This document shows positions 52,118 through 62,953 of a stretch of 64,000 bases of DNA, piece after piece. Positions within the stretch are counted from its first letter, which is position 1; each line of letters opens with the position of its first letter. Origin of the DNA: Desulfosoma sp. (GTDB taxonomy: Bacteria; Desulfobacterota; Syntrophobacteria; Syntrophobacterales; DSM-9756); the NCBI GenBank assembly GCA_037481835.1, contig JBBFKW010000012.1, positions 78,695 to 142,694 on the forward strand. Direction: 5' to 3'. Under the pieces are notes generated by a model. The model worked only from the letters and a program-made list of their open reading frames with translations, searched no databases and was not told where the DNA came from. Made by a program: the position numbers and the translations under genes.

Positions 52118-54133
52118 TTAAAAATCTGCAAAATCTTCATCGAAGGGAATGAGTTCTTCGGGCTTTCGGCGCGCAGAGGCCGATCCGTTCCCTCCTCCCT
52201 TAAGACCGCGAGGCTGGGCTGGCATGGTCGGGGTTTGCCGTTTTATGCCCGACCCGCCACCGTGGGCGCCAGGGCGTCCCGATCGGCCATCCCGTACCGT
52301 TTCTTCCGTCGTTACTCTTCCCGCTTTGCCAAAGCGCCTTTTCTTTGCCGAACGGGTTGGATCCGCCGTTTGGACAGTGCCCACCATGGCCGCCAGCTTG
52401 GAAACGAAGCCGCGCATCTGTTCCGCCTGGGCGTTGAGTTCCTCGGCGGCAGAGGCGGACTCTTCGGCATTGGCCGCGTTTCTTTGAATGACCTTATCCA
52501 TTTCGGCCACGGCCCGGTTGACCTGATCGATCCCTTCAGCCTGTTCCCCCGAAGCGGCGGCGATTTCTCCCACCAGTTCCCCGATGCGCGCCGATCCCTG
52601 GGACACCTTCCCGAAGGCGTCGTTGGCTTGCGCCAGGACCTGATCGCCCTCGTGGACTTTGTTCACCGTGTCTTCGATGAGCTGCGCCGTGGTGCGAGCG
52701 GCATCGGCGGCCCGCATGGCCAGGTTGCGCACCTCATCGGCCACCACGGCGAATCCCGCTCCGGCTTCCCCGGCTCGAGCGGCCTCCACGGCGGCATTGA
52801 GGGCCAGGAGGTTCGTTTGGAATGCGATTTCGTCAATGGTCTTGATGATCTTTTGAGTCTCTTCGCTGGCGGAGGCGATCTGCGCCATGGATTGGGTGAG
52901 CGCCTGCATGGACCGTTGCGCCTCCTGAATGTCCTTCAAGGCGGTTTTCACGATGCCGTCCGCCTGGCTGGCGTTGTCGGCGTTCTGGCGGGTCATGGAC
53001 GCCATTTCCTCCAGCGCCGAGGAGGTTTCTTCCAAAGAAGCCGCCTGTTCGCTGGTGCCCTCGGCAAGCTGCTGGCTCGCCCCGGCCACCTGGGAGGCCG
53101 CGGCGGCCACCTGTTCGGCGCCGGCATTCAGCCCGTCCACCGCTTCCATGATGGGTGCCGTCACCTTTCGAGAGAACACGTAAAAAACGGCCAGGGTCAT
53201 CAAAAGAGCCACGGCGCCGATGGACAGCATGCCCATGACCTGGCGCCGCACGGGTTCGAGAAACTCCGATGCGGGCTGGGTCGCCCCCACCATCCAGCCG
53301 TTGATGCCGACGGGGGCGTAGCCCGAAATTTTCTTCTCACCCTTGAACACGTAGTCCACCACACCGGCCGTCTGGGTCGCCATGGCTTTGGCGAGGTTTT
53401 CCAGCCCCGGGGTTTTGGTGAGATCGAGTTTGAGGATGTTTTCCTTCACGGGATGGGAAATGCAGAGGCCGTTTCGATCCACCATGTAGGCATAGCCGGT
53501 CTTGCCTACCTTGGTTTTGCTCAGGGTTTCGATGAGAAAGTCGATCCGGGCGGTGAGGCCCAGCACGCCGCGAAAGGAGCCGTCCTGGCCCTTGAGGGGG
53601 ACGGCCACAACCACCACGGGCTGATTGGACACCTTGGATATTACGGGCTCACCGATGACCGCCTCCCCGGCGGCCTTGGCCTTTTGAAAGTAGGGCCGCT
53701 CCGCAATCTTCACCCCTTTGTAGACGTCGGTCTTTCCGTCCGGCGTTGTCCCGGCGTAGAGGGTTCCGGCGGCATCGGAAACGAACACGCCTTCGTAATT
53801 ATCGCCGATGTTTTTAAGAAGAAGCAGCAGTTCTTTATTCAGGGCCTCGATCTCGCCCAGCGCGGCTTCCGGGCCGTGAACGGCGACTTTTTCAGAAGCC
53901 GCCGCCAGGGTATCCACGGAAGCCAAGGCGCGGGCCGACCACTTTTCCCCGTCGAGCACGGCGGCCACCATATCGGCCAGGCCCTGCGACTGGGCGATGG
54001 CGGCCTGTTCTGCGTTCTGGCGCAAGGCCGAAGCCGCTTTCCACGCGGAAAAGATCCCGGAAGCCGTAAGACTCAAGAAAACCAAGACGCCGCCGACGAT
54101 GAGGAGTTTTCCTCGAAGTGTCCATGTTCGCAT
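52118..54133 (-). CDS. methyl-accepting chemotaxis protein with dCache sensor
   Basis: two TM segments; [24 protein letters not shown] signalling hairpin; C-terminal DFADF. Confidence 0.93.
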   Translation of the reverse strand: MRTWTLRGKLLIVGGVLVFLSLTASGIFSAWKAASALRQNAEQAAIAQSQGLADMVAAVLDGEKWSARALASVDTLAAASEKVAVHGPEAALGEIEALNKELLLLLKNIGDNYEGVFVSDAAGTLYAGTTPDGKTDVYKGVKIAERPYFQKAKAAGEAVIGEPVISKVSNQPVVVVAVPLKGQDGSFRGVLGLTARIDFLIETLSKTKVGKTGYAYMVDRNGLCISHPVKENILKLDLTKTPGLENLAKAMATQTAGVVDYVFKGEKKISGYAPVGINGWMVGATQPASEFLEPVRRQVMGMLSIGAVALLMTLAVFYVFSRKVTAPIMEAVDGLNAGAEQVAAAASQVAGASQQLAEGTSEQAASLEETSSALEEMASMTRQNADNASQADGIVKTALKDIQEAQRSMQALTQSMAQIASASEETQKIIKTIDEIAFQTNLLALNAAVEAARAGEAGAGFAVVADEVRNLAMRAADAARTTAQLIEDTVNKVHEGDQVLAQANDAFGKVSQGSARIGELVGEIAAASGEQAEGIDQVNRAVAEMDKVIQRNAANAEESASAAEELNAQAEQMRGFVSKLAAMVGTVQTADPTRSAKKRRFGKAGRVTTEETVRDGRSGRPGAHGGGSGIKRQTPTMPAQPRGLKGGGNGSASARRKPEELIPFDEDFADF

Positions 54134-54164
54134 GGGCGCTTTCTCTCCGCTGTGAGTTTTCGCT

Positions 54165-54677
54165 TTAGGCCGCCTTTTCCAGGACGCTCATCTCCTGCGT
54201 GGTGAGGACGCGGTCGATATCCAAAAGGATTTTTACGGCATCGCCCGCCTTGGCCATGCCCAGGATGTATTCCGTGGAAAGGCGGGTGCCGAACGTCGGC
54301 GTGTCTTCAATGTCCTCTTCTTTGATGTTCACCACTTCCGAAACGGAATCCACCACAAGGCCCATCATGACCCGCCCGGCGGCGAGCCCTGAGGCCTCCA
54401 CGACGATGATGCACGTGCGTTCGTTGTAGGGGATGGATTCCATGCCGAACTTGAGCCGAAGGTCGATGACCGGGATCACCTTCCCCCGAAGATTGATCAC
54501 CCCCTTGACGAAGGTCGGCGTCTGCGGAACGGGTGTGATGGGCATCATGCCGATGATTTCTTTTACCTTCAGGATGCCGATGCCGTATTCCTCTCCCCCC
54601 AGGGAAAACGTAAGGTATTTCCCCTCCCTTTCCTTTTTCTCCTCGTTCACGTTCACTCTGCCGTGTGCCGTCGCCAT
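54165..54677 (-). CDS. cheW: chemotaxis coupling protein
   Basis: [48 protein letters not shown]. Confidence 0.95.
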   Translation of the reverse strand: MATAHGRVNVNEEKKEREGKYLTFSLGGEEYGIGILKVKEIIGMMPITPVPQTPTFVKGVINLRGKVIPVIDLRLKFGMESIPYNERTCIIVVEASGLAAGRVMMGLVVDSVSEVVNIKEEDIEDTPTFGTRLSTEYILGMAKAGDAVKILLDIDRVLTTQEMSVLEKAA

Positions 54678-54780
54678 GGGACGCCTCCTTGCGCTATGGG
54701 TTCGGGTTATGGATTCACGGTGACGCGTTCCGGTTGCAAGCCCCAAGCCTGCCTCGGGGAATCAACCTTTTCAGAGTCCC

Positions 54781-54807
54781 TAATCGGCAAAGGACAGAAC
54801 GTTCTTA
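54781..54807 (-). promoter_or_regulatory. sigma28 (FliA) promoter of cheW-mcp
   Basis: TAAG-N15-GCCGATTA, near consensus TAAA-N15-GCCGATAA. Confidence 0.75.
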
Positions 54808-55034
54808 AGAAAAAAAGTCATCCTGCCGAAGCGCCTTCGGGTGCCATAATCGCCGGCACCTGGAAGATGTTCTCCACGGGCACCGCAGAGCCTCGATGGC
54901 CGATGTAGCGGGGCGGGCGTGGGCGCAACCCTTACGATTGCCCAGCGCCGCCCCTTCTCGCCTCAAATTTTTCCTTGCCGCCCGGGGCTTCTTTGTGTTA
55001 GGAAGCCGTTGCTTTCGTAAGGAAAAAGCGTTGC

Positions 55035-55112
55035 GGTGGGTGTAGCTCAATAGGTCAGAGCACTGGGTTGTGGCCCCAGAGGCTGTCGGTTCGAGTCCGA
55101 TCACTCACCCCA
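55035..55112 (+). tRNA. tRNA-His(GTG)
   Basis: cloverleaf with G-1, anticodon loop TTGTGGC, GGTTCGA, C discriminator plus CCA. Confidence 0.95.
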
Positions 55113-55187
55113 TGGATTCCAAAAGCCGCTCTGCGGCTTTTTTCATTTCCCCAAGCCGTCCTCTTCCCAGCTCCCGTGGAGGCGCCC

Positions 55188-56285
55188 ATGGCCTACGGGC
55201 CCATGCCTTTTAAACGACGAGTGCTCATTATCATCGCATCGAGCCTCGCCGCGGTCCTCTTCGGTGTGGCCGGCTACATGCATCTGTGCGGTTATACCTT
55301 CCTGGAAGCCCTATACATGACCGTCATCACCCTGACCACCGTGGGGTTCACCGAAGTGAAGCCCTTGAACGAAACGGGGCGGATCTTCACCATCGTGCTC
55401 ATCACGGGAGGAGTGAGCCTCATTGCTTACCACATCGCCGCTTTCGGCGAGATGTTCGTGGAAGGCACCCTCTTGGAGGTGTACCGGAGGCATCGCGTGA
55501 AAAAGAAACTTCAGGGCATTCAAGATCACTACATCATTTGCGGCTACGGGCAGATGGGGAAAACCATCGTGGATCAGCTCATGCGCCACGGTGTGCCGCT
55601 GGTGGTCATCGAGGCTGACGAGGCGGCCTTGGGCCGGCTGCAGGAACTGGGTGTCCCCTATCTGGCCGGAGACGCCAAGGAAGAGGAAAACCTCTACGCG
55701 GCGGGCATCCTTCAAGCCAAGGGTTTGGTGGCCGTTGTCCACAGCGACACGGACAACGTCTTCATCGTCCTTACCGCGCGGGATCTGAACCGAAATCTTT
55801 TCATCTGCGCGCGGGCCGGTTCGCCCGGGACCGAAAAGCGGCTCCTCAAGGCCGGAGCGGACCGGGTGGTGTCTCCTTACGCCAGCGGCGCCATGCGCAT
55901 CGCCCAAAACATCCTGCGTCCCACGGTGACGGATTTTCTCGAACTCGCCCTTTCGGGAGAAGGCATGGAATTGTCCATGGAAGAGCTGGTGATCCCGGAC
56001 GGGGCCGATCTGGCGGGAAAAGATCTCATGCACTCCGGCATCCGCAGTGATTTCAACCTCATCATCGTCGCCATCAAACGCCCCGACGGCCTCATGATCT
56101 ACAACCCCTCCCCTCGAGAGCATCTCCACGTGGGGGATACCCTCATCGCCATCGGCCCTCGGGAGAATTTGGACCGGTTCACGGAAAAGCTCTACGGCAC
56201 CCGCGCGTGGGGATCGGCAGGACGCCGAAGGGCGCTCAACGGGATGCCGTCGGGTGCGGAGCTCCCAGACCGGGCGCCCAAGTGA
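55188..56285 (+). CDS. potassium channel family protein with TrkA-N/TrkA-C (RCK) domains
   Basis: TLTTVGF selectivity filter; ICGYGQMG; AGADRVVSP. Confidence 0.9.
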   Translation: MAYGPMPFKRRVLIIIASSLAAVLFGVAGYMHLCGYTFLEALYMTVITLTTVGFTEVKPLNETGRIFTIVLITGGVSLIAYHIAAFGEMFVEGTLLEVYRRHRVKKKLQGIQDHYIICGYGQMGKTIVDQLMRHGVPLVVIEADEAALGRLQELGVPYLAGDAKEEENLYAAGILQAKGLVAVVHSDTDNVFIVLTARDLNRNLFICARAGSPGTEKRLLKAGADRVVSPYASGAMRIAQNILRPTVTDFLELALSGEGMELSMEELVIPDGADLAGKDLMHSGIRSDFNLIIVAIKRPDGLMIYNPSPREHLHVGDTLIAIGPRENLDRFTEKLYGTRAWGSAGRRRALNGMPSGAELPDRAPK

Positions 56286-56311
56286 GCCAACGCGCAAGAG
56301 CTTTCTTGGGT

Positions 56312-56346
56312 TTGACAACCCCAAAGGCATCCCGTATATGGGATGC
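56312..56346 (+). promoter_or_regulatory. sigma70 promoter of the thiolase operon with a palindrome over the -10
   Basis: TTGACA-N17-TATATG; GCATCCC-GTATAT-GGGATGC at 56327-56346. Confidence 0.6.
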
Positions 56347-56441
56347 GGCATGTCAGAAGCGGATTTATTTGCCCAACGCTCATCCGCTGCGGGTGGGACC
56401 TTTTGATCGAACCGCAGCGGGGCCATCCTCGGGAGGTGCCC

Positions 56442-57620
56442 ATGGAACAAGCCGTCATTGTCAGTGCCGTTCGAACACCCGTTGGTTCTTTCGGAAAATC
56501 CCTCACCTCCGTCCCCGCCGTGCGCCTCGGTGTCATCGCCCTGAAGGAAGCCTTGAAGCGCGTGGGGCTTTCCCCCGAGCAGGTGGACGAAGTCATCCTG
56601 GGTAACGTTTTGCAGGCGGCCCAGGGCCAAAACCCCGCCCGGCAAGTGGCCGTCCATGCGGGCATTCCCCATGAAGTCCCGGCCTTCACCATCAACAAGG
56701 TGTGCGCTTCGGGCTTGAAATCAGTGATCCTGGCGGCGCAGGCCGTCGCCCTTGGAGATGCGGAAATCGTCGTGGCGGGCGGCATCGAAAACATGAGCGC
56801 CTCGCCCTATGCCCTCACCCAGGCCCGGTGGGGGCAGCGCATGGGCCATGGAGAAATCCTGGACCTCATGATCCACGACGGACTGTGGGACATCTTCAAC
56901 GGCTGCCACATGGGGATCACGGCGGAAAACGTGGCGGCCAAGTACGGCATCAGCCGGGAAGAACAGGATCGGTTCGCCCTATCCAGCCAGGCCAAGGCGG
57001 AAGCCGCCATCAAGGCCGGCCGGTTCAAAGACGAAATCGTTCCCGTGGAAATCCCCCAGCGCAAAGGCCCTGCCGTTGTGTTTGACACGGACGAACACCC
57101 CCGGTTCGGCACCACTTTGGAAGCCTTGGCCAAGCTGCCTGCGGCCTTCAAGAAAGACGGGACCGTAACGGCGGGCAACGCTTCGGGCATCAACGACGGA
57201 GCGGCGATTCTCATCGTCATGTCTGAAAAGAAAGCCGCCTCTTTGGGGCTCACCCCGCTGGGCGCCATCCGGTCCTACGCTTCGGCCGGCGTGGATCCGG
57301 CCATCATGGGCACCGGCCCCATTCCCGCAAGCCGCAAGGCGCTCCAGAAAGCGGGCTGGTCGGTGCAGGATCTGGATCTTGTGGAAGCCAACGAAGCCTT
57401 TGCCGCCCAAGCCCTGGCTGTGAACAAGGAGCTGGGCTGGAACCCCGACATCGTCAACGTCAACGGTGGGGCTATCGCCATCGGCCATCCCATCGGAGCC
57501 TCCGGCGCTCGGATACTCACCACGCTGCTCCATGAAATGACCAAGCGAAACGCCCGCAAGGGCTTGGCCACCCTGTGCATCGGAGGGGGCCAAGGCTGCG
57601 CCCTGACCATCGAACGCTAA
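56442..57620 (+). CDS. acetyl-CoA C-acetyltransferase (thiolase)
   Basis: [34 protein letters not shown]. Confidence 0.95.
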   Translation: MEQAVIVSAVRTPVGSFGKSLTSVPAVRLGVIALKEALKRVGLSPEQVDEVILGNVLQAAQGQNPARQVAVHAGIPHEVPAFTINKVCASGLKSVILAAQAVALGDAEIVVAGGIENMSASPYALTQARWGQRMGHGEILDLMIHDGLWDIFNGCHMGITAENVAAKYGISREEQDRFALSSQAKAEAAIKAGRFKDEIVPVEIPQRKGPAVVFDTDEHPRFGTTLEALAKLPAAFKKDGTVTAGNASGINDGAAILIVMSEKKAASLGLTPLGAIRSYASAGVDPAIMGTGPIPASRKALQKAGWSVQDLDLVEANEAFAAQALAVNKELGWNPDIVNVNGGAIAIGHPIGASGARILTTLLHEMTKRNARKGLATLCIGGGQGCALTIER

Positions 57621-57644
57621 CTGCTGCAAAGGAGACATCCCGCC

Positions 57645-58436
57645 ATGGCATTTGAAAACATTCTCTTCGATGTGCAAGACCAGGTGGCCTTGGTGACGAT
57701 CAATCGCCCCAAATCCCTCAATGCGCTCAATCCGAAGACCTTGGAAGAACTTGATGAAGCCGTGCGGCGGGTGAGCCAAGACGATGCCCTCCGCGTGCTT
57801 GTGCTGACCGGGGCCGGTGAAAAGGCTTTTGTGGCCGGGGCCGACATCAGCGAATTCCCCAAGATGAATCCCCTCCAAGCCCGTCTTTTCGCCCAGAAAG
57901 GCCAAGACGTGTTTTTCGCTCTGGAAGCGCTCCCGAAGCCCGTCATCGCCTGCGTCAACGGCTTCGCTCTGGGCGGCGGTCTGGAACTGGCCATGAGCTG
58001 CGATTTCATTTACGCTTCCGAAAAAGCCAAATTCGGCCAACCGGAAATCAACCTGGGGATTCTGCCCGGTTTCGGCGGCACCCAGCGGCTCGCGCGGCTC
58101 GTCGGCCGGGCCAAGGCCAAGGAACTGTGCATGACCGGGGAAATGATCGATGCGGCAACCGCCCTGCAGCTCGGCCTTGTGGCCAAAGTCTTCCCAGCGG
58201 AGACGCTCCTGGAGGAAACCATGAAGGCGGCCAAGGCCATGGCCGCTAAGAGCGCCCTGGCCCTGCGGGCCATCAAGACCGTGGTGGACCGCGGCATGGA
58301 TGCGGACCTCAAGACCGGATGCGCCCTGGAAGTGGAAGCCTTCGGTTTGTGCTTCGCCAGCGAAGACGCCAAGGAAGGAGCCGCAGCTTTCCTGGAAAAA
58401 CGCAAACCCCAATTCAAGGGATCCTTCACCGCCTGA
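57645..58436 (+). CDS. crt: enoyl-CoA hydratase (crotonase)
   Basis: AFVAGADI, ALGGGLE, GQPE, PGFGGTQRL. Confidence 0.9.
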   Translation: MAFENILFDVQDQVALVTINRPKSLNALNPKTLEELDEAVRRVSQDDALRVLVLTGAGEKAFVAGADISEFPKMNPLQARLFAQKGQDVFFALEALPKPVIACVNGFALGGGLELAMSCDFIYASEKAKFGQPEINLGILPGFGGTQRLARLVGRAKAKELCMTGEMIDAATALQLGLVAKVFPAETLLEETMKAAKAMAAKSALALRAIKTVVDRGMDADLKTGCALEVEAFGLCFASEDAKEGAAAFLEKRKPQFKGSFTA

Positions 58437-58482
58437 AAGGCGCCCCCTGTCACACAACTCATCGCCTTGGAGGACGAAAACC

Positions 58483-59631
58483 ATGCATTTTGAACTCACC
58501 GAAGAACAAAAGATGATCCAGGACATGGCGCGCAAATTCGCCGAAAGGGAAATCGCCCCCGTGGCCGCCGAATTGGACCGCACCCATCGCCACCCGGAAG
58601 AAATCGTCAAAAAGATGGGCGAACTGGGCCTCATGGGCGTTACCATCCCGCCGGAATACGGGGGAGCCGGCATGGACTATATCTGCTACGTGCTGGCCAT
58701 GATCGAAATCTCCAAAGCGTGCGCTTCGTGCGGTGTCATCATGAGCGTGTGCAACAGCTTGTACAACTTCCCCGTGTACACGTACGGGACGGAAGAGCAG
58801 AAACAGCAGTTCTTGACCCCGGTGGCCAGCGGCGAATACCTGGGCTGCTACGGCCTCACCGAAGCCGGCGCCGGATCCGACCCGGCCCGCATGCGCACCA
58901 CGGCCGTGCTGGACGGCAATGAATGGGTCATCAACGGGGAAAAGAAATTCATCACCAACGGCAACGTGGCGCGCTACTGCGTGCTGGCGGCCGTGACCGA
59001 CAAGGAAAAGGGCTACAAAGGGATCAGCTCCTTTCTGGTGGATCTGCACAACACGCCGGGTTTCCGCGTCGGCCGAGTGGAAGAAAAGCTCGGGATCAAC
59101 GCATCGGGCACGGCGGAACTGATTTTCGAAGATGCACGGATTCCCAAGGAAAACCTTCTGGGCAAGGAAGGCGAAGGCTTCAAACAGATGCTCACCACGC
59201 TGGACGGCGGCCGCATCGGCATCGCCTCCCAGGCCATCGGGATCGGCCGCGCAGTCCTGGAAGAAGCCATCGCCTACAGCAAAACGCGGGAGCAATTCGG
59301 CCGGCCCATCGCTTCTTTCCAGGCCATCCAATGGAAACTGGCGGATATCGCCACCCAACTGGACGCCGCCGAGCTGTTGACCCTCAGGGCTGCATGGCTC
59401 GAACAGAACAAGCGGGGCTACGAAAAGGAAGCCGCCATGGCTAAGATGTACGCTTCGGACACGGCCATGTGGGCCGCTGTGGAAGGCGTCCAAATCCTGG
59501 GCGGCTACGGCTACTGCAAGGAATACCCCATGGAACGGCATCTGCGCGATGCCAAGATCACTCAGATTTACGAGGGCACCAACGAAATCATGCGATTGGT
59601 GATCTCCCGAAACATCCTGGGAAAAATCTAA
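58483..59631 (+). CDS. acyl-CoA dehydrogenase (butyryl-CoA dehydrogenase-like)
   Basis: LTEAGAGSD, FITNG, REQFG, GGYGY, IYEGTNE; GGAGG RBS. Confidence 0.93.
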   Translation: MHFELTEEQKMIQDMARKFAEREIAPVAAELDRTHRHPEEIVKKMGELGLMGVTIPPEYGGAGMDYICYVLAMIEISKACASCGVIMSVCNSLYNFPVYTYGTEEQKQQFLTPVASGEYLGCYGLTEAGAGSDPARMRTTAVLDGNEWVINGEKKFITNGNVARYCVLAAVTDKEKGYKGISSFLVDLHNTPGFRVGRVEEKLGINASGTAELIFEDARIPKENLLGKEGEGFKQMLTTLDGGRIGIASQAIGIGRAVLEEAIAYSKTREQFGRPIASFQAIQWKLADIATQLDAAELLTLRAAWLEQNKRGYEKEAAMAKMYASDTAMWAAVEGVQILGGYGYCKEYPMERHLRDAKITQIYEGTNEIMRLVISRNILGKI

Positions 59632-59683
59632 AGGAACGGGGGGCCTGCACAGCCCCCTCGCCCATCGTTTCCCGTTGACTCAT

Positions 59684-59716
59684 AAAAAAACCCCGGAAGC
59701 TTCCGGGGTTTTTTTA
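59684..59716. terminator. bidirectional intrinsic terminator
   Basis: A7-ccccggaagcttccgggg-T7 between convergent genes. Confidence 0.85.
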
Positions 59717-59796
59717 TGGCAAACTGCAGGCTCACCGACCGGGCGCGACGGTCCCTTTTGGAGACACGGACGCCGGATGGGGCGGCGTGCGGGCCT

Positions 59797-59988
59797 TTAA
59801 ATGCCCTGCAGGCGGCGCATCCGACGTTGGATTCTCTTAATGGCTTTTTTCCGCTTGATACGGCGGCGTTCACCCTTGGAGAGGTAGTAGTTGTGCCGCC
59901 GCAAAACGGGCTGGACGTTCTTTTGAAAGTCCTTTCGCAGTTTGCGGATCTTCTTTTCGAAACTCTCCCTGGCCTCCGGTTCGGTCAT
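59797..59988 (-). CDS. rpsU: divergent 30S ribosomal protein S21
   Basis: 63 aa, very basic; ESFEKKIRKL...RRHNYYLSKGERRRIKRKKA. Confidence 0.65.
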   Translation of the reverse strand: MTEPEARESFEKKIRKLRKDFQKNVQPVLRRHNYYLSKGERRRIKRKKAIKRIQRRMRRLQGI

Positions 59989-60156
59989 CCAGAATTCACC
60001 TGCCTTTCAGCAACAAAAAAACCCTCGCGGGGTTTCCGTTGGAATCGACCCGTGCGGCGTCCGGCACACCGCAGGGGGTGGATAAGGTCGGGAGCCTGCC
60101 GTTTCGCTCTAAAACGATTTTCTTTAGCACGGGGCACGCCGCGAAGCAACGTCTTT

Positions 60157-62199
60157 TTAAGAACTGAGGGCGTCGTAGCGGAAAAACTGCATGGTAAAGG
60201 TGGCCCGTCCCTGGCTGGCCGAACGCAATGCCGTGGAATAGCCGAACATCTTGGACAGAGCGACCGTGGCGTCCACGACCTGGATGCCCTTCTTGGCCGT
60301 GATGCCTTCGATGCGGGCCTTGCGAAGATTCAAATCGGCGATGACGTCCCCCAGGAATTCGTCGGGCGTGAGGACTTCCACGCGCATGTACGGTTCGAGA
60401 AGGATGGGTTCCCCCTTATGGAAGGCGTCGCGAAACGCCATGGAGGCCGCCACTCGATAGGCCAACTCCGTGGACAGCCCCTCCCGGTGCTCCCCTCCAA
60501 TGACCGCCACTTCCACATCCACCACGGGGTAGCCCATGAGATCCCCGCTGGTAAAGGCATCCATCACCCCGGCCTCCACCACGGGCAACCACGTTTCCGG
60601 GATGGAGGCGTCCCGCACCCGATGGACCACCCTGTTGCCCTTGCCCCGCTCCCGGGGTTCCAGGCTGAGTTCCACGGCGGCAAAATGCTTGGTCCCGCCG
60701 ATGTCCCGCTCGAAAACCCCTCGACCCAAAGCCGCTTTCTGGATCGTCTCGCGATAGACCACCTGCGGTTTTCCGGCGTTCACCCCCACGGCGTAGTCCC
60801 GCTCCAGGCGGCTCAGCAGGATCTCCAAATGGAGTTCCCCCATGCCGCGGATGACCATCTGTCCGGTGTCCGGGTCTTCCTTGAAGCGAAAGGTGGGGTC
60901 TTCATCGGCCAGTTTGGCCAAGGCGTCGGGAAGCTTTTCCTGGTCCGCCCGGGTCTTGGGTTCCACGGCCACGGCGATGACCGGTTCGTAGATGTCGATG
61001 GGTTCCAAAAGAATGGGATGTTTCTCGTCACAAAGGGTATCGCCCGTTCCGGCGGATTTGAGTCCCATGAGGGCGACGATGCTGCCGGCTCCCGCTTCTT
61101 CGAGCCGTTCCCGCTTGTTGGCGTGCATGCGGAAGATGCGGGAAAGTTTTTCCCGAGTGCGCTGTCTGGCGTTGTACACCGTGTCCCCGGCCTTGAGCTT
61201 TCCCGAATAGATTCGCGCGTAGGTGAGCTTACGGCCTTGATCCATGAAGATTTTGAAGGCCAGGGCTGCCAGGGGTTCGTTGTCGTCGGCCAGCCGTTGG
61301 ACGGTTTCCTGCGTCACGGGATCAATCCCTTGGACCGGCGGGATGTCCAAGGGACATGGGAGATATTGGACCACGGCGTCCAAAAGCGGTTGGATCCCCT
61401 TATTGCGCAAAGCAGCGCCGCACAGGACCGGTACGGCTTCCAGCTCCAGGGTAAGGCGGCGCAGCACGGTTTCAATCTCTTCAGGGGAGACGGGCCGCCC
61501 TTCTATGTATTTTTCCATGATCCCGTCGTCCCGCTCCGCCACCTTGGCCAGAAGCTCGTCCCGGGCTTCCGCGGCGGCGTCGGCCAACTGAGGGTCAATG
61601 GGCATGTAGGTGTATTCCGCTCCCAGGGTTTCGTCTTTCCAGACGATCTGGCGCATGTGGATGAGATCCACCACGCCGCGGAAGTCGGACTCCCGTCCCA
61701 CGGGGATCTGCACCGCGATGGGATCGGCCTGGAGCTTTTCCCGCATCTGTTCCAGGACGTGGCGGAAATCGGCCCCGATGCGATCCATCTTGTTGACGAA
61801 AGCGATCTTCGGCACACGGTATTTGTCAGCCTGCCGCCACACGGTCTCCGATTGAGGCTCCACACCGCCCACGGCGCAAAAGACGGCCACGGCCCCGTCC
61901 AAAACCCGCAGAGACCGCTCCACTTCGATGGTAAAGTCCACATGGCCCGGAGTGTCGATGAGCTGGATCTGGTACCCGTTCCATTCGCATGTCGTCACGG
62001 CCGACGTGATGGTGATCCCCCGCTCCTGCTCCTGTTCCATCCAGTCCATCACGGTGGTCCCTTCGTGCACTTCGCCGATCTTGTGAGACCGTCCCGTGTA
62101 ATAGAGGATGCGCTCGCTCACCGTGGTCTTTCCCGCATCGATGTGCGCGATGATCCCGATGTTGCGGATCTTTTTCAGCCGCTGCATTGCCGCTTTCAT
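60157..62199 (-). CDS. fusA: elongation factor G paralog
   Basis: [38 protein letters not shown]; not next to rpsL/rpsG/tuf. Confidence 0.92.
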   Translation of the reverse strand: MKAAMQRLKKIRNIGIIAHIDAGKTTVSERILYYTGRSHKIGEVHEGTTVMDWMEQEQERGITITSAVTTCEWNGYQIQLIDTPGHVDFTIEVERSLRVLDGAVAVFCAVGGVEPQSETVWRQADKYRVPKIAFVNKMDRIGADFRHVLEQMREKLQADPIAVQIPVGRESDFRGVVDLIHMRQIVWKDETLGAEYTYMPIDPQLADAAAEARDELLAKVAERDDGIMEKYIEGRPVSPEEIETVLRRLTLELEAVPVLCGAALRNKGIQPLLDAVVQYLPCPLDIPPVQGIDPVTQETVQRLADDNEPLAALAFKIFMDQGRKLTYARIYSGKLKAGDTVYNARQRTREKLSRIFRMHANKRERLEEAGAGSIVALMGLKSAGTGDTLCDEKHPILLEPIDIYEPVIAVAVEPKTRADQEKLPDALAKLADEDPTFRFKEDPDTGQMVIRGMGELHLEILLSRLERDYAVGVNAGKPQVVYRETIQKAALGRGVFERDIGGTKHFAAVELSLEPRERGKGNRVVHRVRDASIPETWLPVVEAGVMDAFTSGDLMGYPVVDVEVAVIGGEHREGLSTELAYRVAASMAFRDAFHKGEPILLEPYMRVEVLTPDEFLGDVIADLNLRKARIEGITAKKGIQVVDATVALSKMFGYSTALRSASQGRATFTMQFFRYDALSS

Positions 62200-62311
62200 C
62201 GCCTCACCCCTTGGTGGCCGCCCGGCGTGGGGAACATCCCTTGCAATCCCTCCGCACGTGATTAACGATTTATATGTCCGTGTCATTCCGTTGCGCGAAG
62301 GAGGGTTCCTT

Positions 62312-62527
62312 ATGCCGCGTGCACGAACTGCCCGAGATTTCCGAGCCGCCCCGCCCCGATCCAACGTGCAGGCTGTGCCCAACCCCGTGGCCTGCCGCGA
62401 AGGGCGAGGCGTCCGCCATTTCGACTGCCCCTACTACGACGCGTGCCTGGACAAGGCCGCTAAAGGCTTGTGGGCGGGATTCACCTGCGCCCACTGCCTT
62501 TTCTACCTCAACCGTGCCACCGACTGA
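62312..62527 (+). CDS. small Cys-rich hypothetical protein (71 aa)
   Basis: GAAGGAGG RBS; C...[10 protein letters not shown]...W..FTCAHC; followed by a terminator. Confidence 0.7.
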   Translation: MPRARTARDFRAAPPRSNVQAVPNPVACREGRGVRHFDCPYYDACLDKAAKGLWAGFTCAHCLFYLNRATD

Positions 62528-62563
62528 AAATGAAGAGTTGTCGCCCAGGCGCTTCGGCCTGCA

Positions 62564-62601
62564 TAAAAAAAGCCCGGTGCCATGGAGTGCCGGGCTGTTT
62601 T
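62564..62601. terminator. bidirectional intrinsic terminator
   Basis: A-run agcccgg..ccgggct followed by T-run. Confidence 0.75.
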
Positions 62602-62607
62602 TGCGCC

Positions 62608-62745
62608 GCCGGTTCGTGCGGGAGAGCACCGTGGCTTTGTGGAAAGCGTGTCCCCCCACGCCACCCTGACAGTTCCCCACACCGAGAGCCCTCGTCAGGA
62701 GCTTTCTCGTGACGGTCAAGTGCCATTGGACTCTGCACGCGCCGT
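62608..62745 (-). ncRNA. candidate structured non-coding RNA (unassigned)
   Basis: nested pairings cgtgc/gcacg, tggc/gcca, gaaagc/gctttc, cctgac/gtcagg; followed by a U-tailed terminator. Confidence 0.35.
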
Positions 62746-62885
62746 AGAGGTGCAAATCGGGCTTGAAATGCCGCTTTTCTGAATTGGTCGGTTTTTTTCT
62801 CGTGGCGCCGTTCCGGGGCGGGTTTTACGCCGCCCGAGAACGAATCGATCTTTCGGCCGAGCGGCGTTTATCGTCCCCGACTCAT

Positions 62886-62916
62886 GTCGGGGTTCGCTGC
62901 GCTCACCCCAACCTAC
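62886..62916 (-). repeat. single GTAG-family REP
   Basis: gtcggggttcgctgcgctcaccccaacCTAC. Confidence 0.8.
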
Positions 62917-62953
62917 CCATCCTTGAACCAACCGGTCCATTGTCACACAACCG

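Noticed and set aside
54735..54750. sigma54-like GG-N10-GC upstream of cheW
   Set aside because: Weak -24 context; the sigma28 match at 54781-54807 is much better.
59716..62265. 849-aa plus-strand ORF
   Set aside because: Antisense shadow of the EF-G paralog and S21.
62641..62740. Possible tRNA-Sec (starts GGAAAGCG)
   Set aside because: No TCA anticodon loop, no GTTCGA T-arm, no CCA end.
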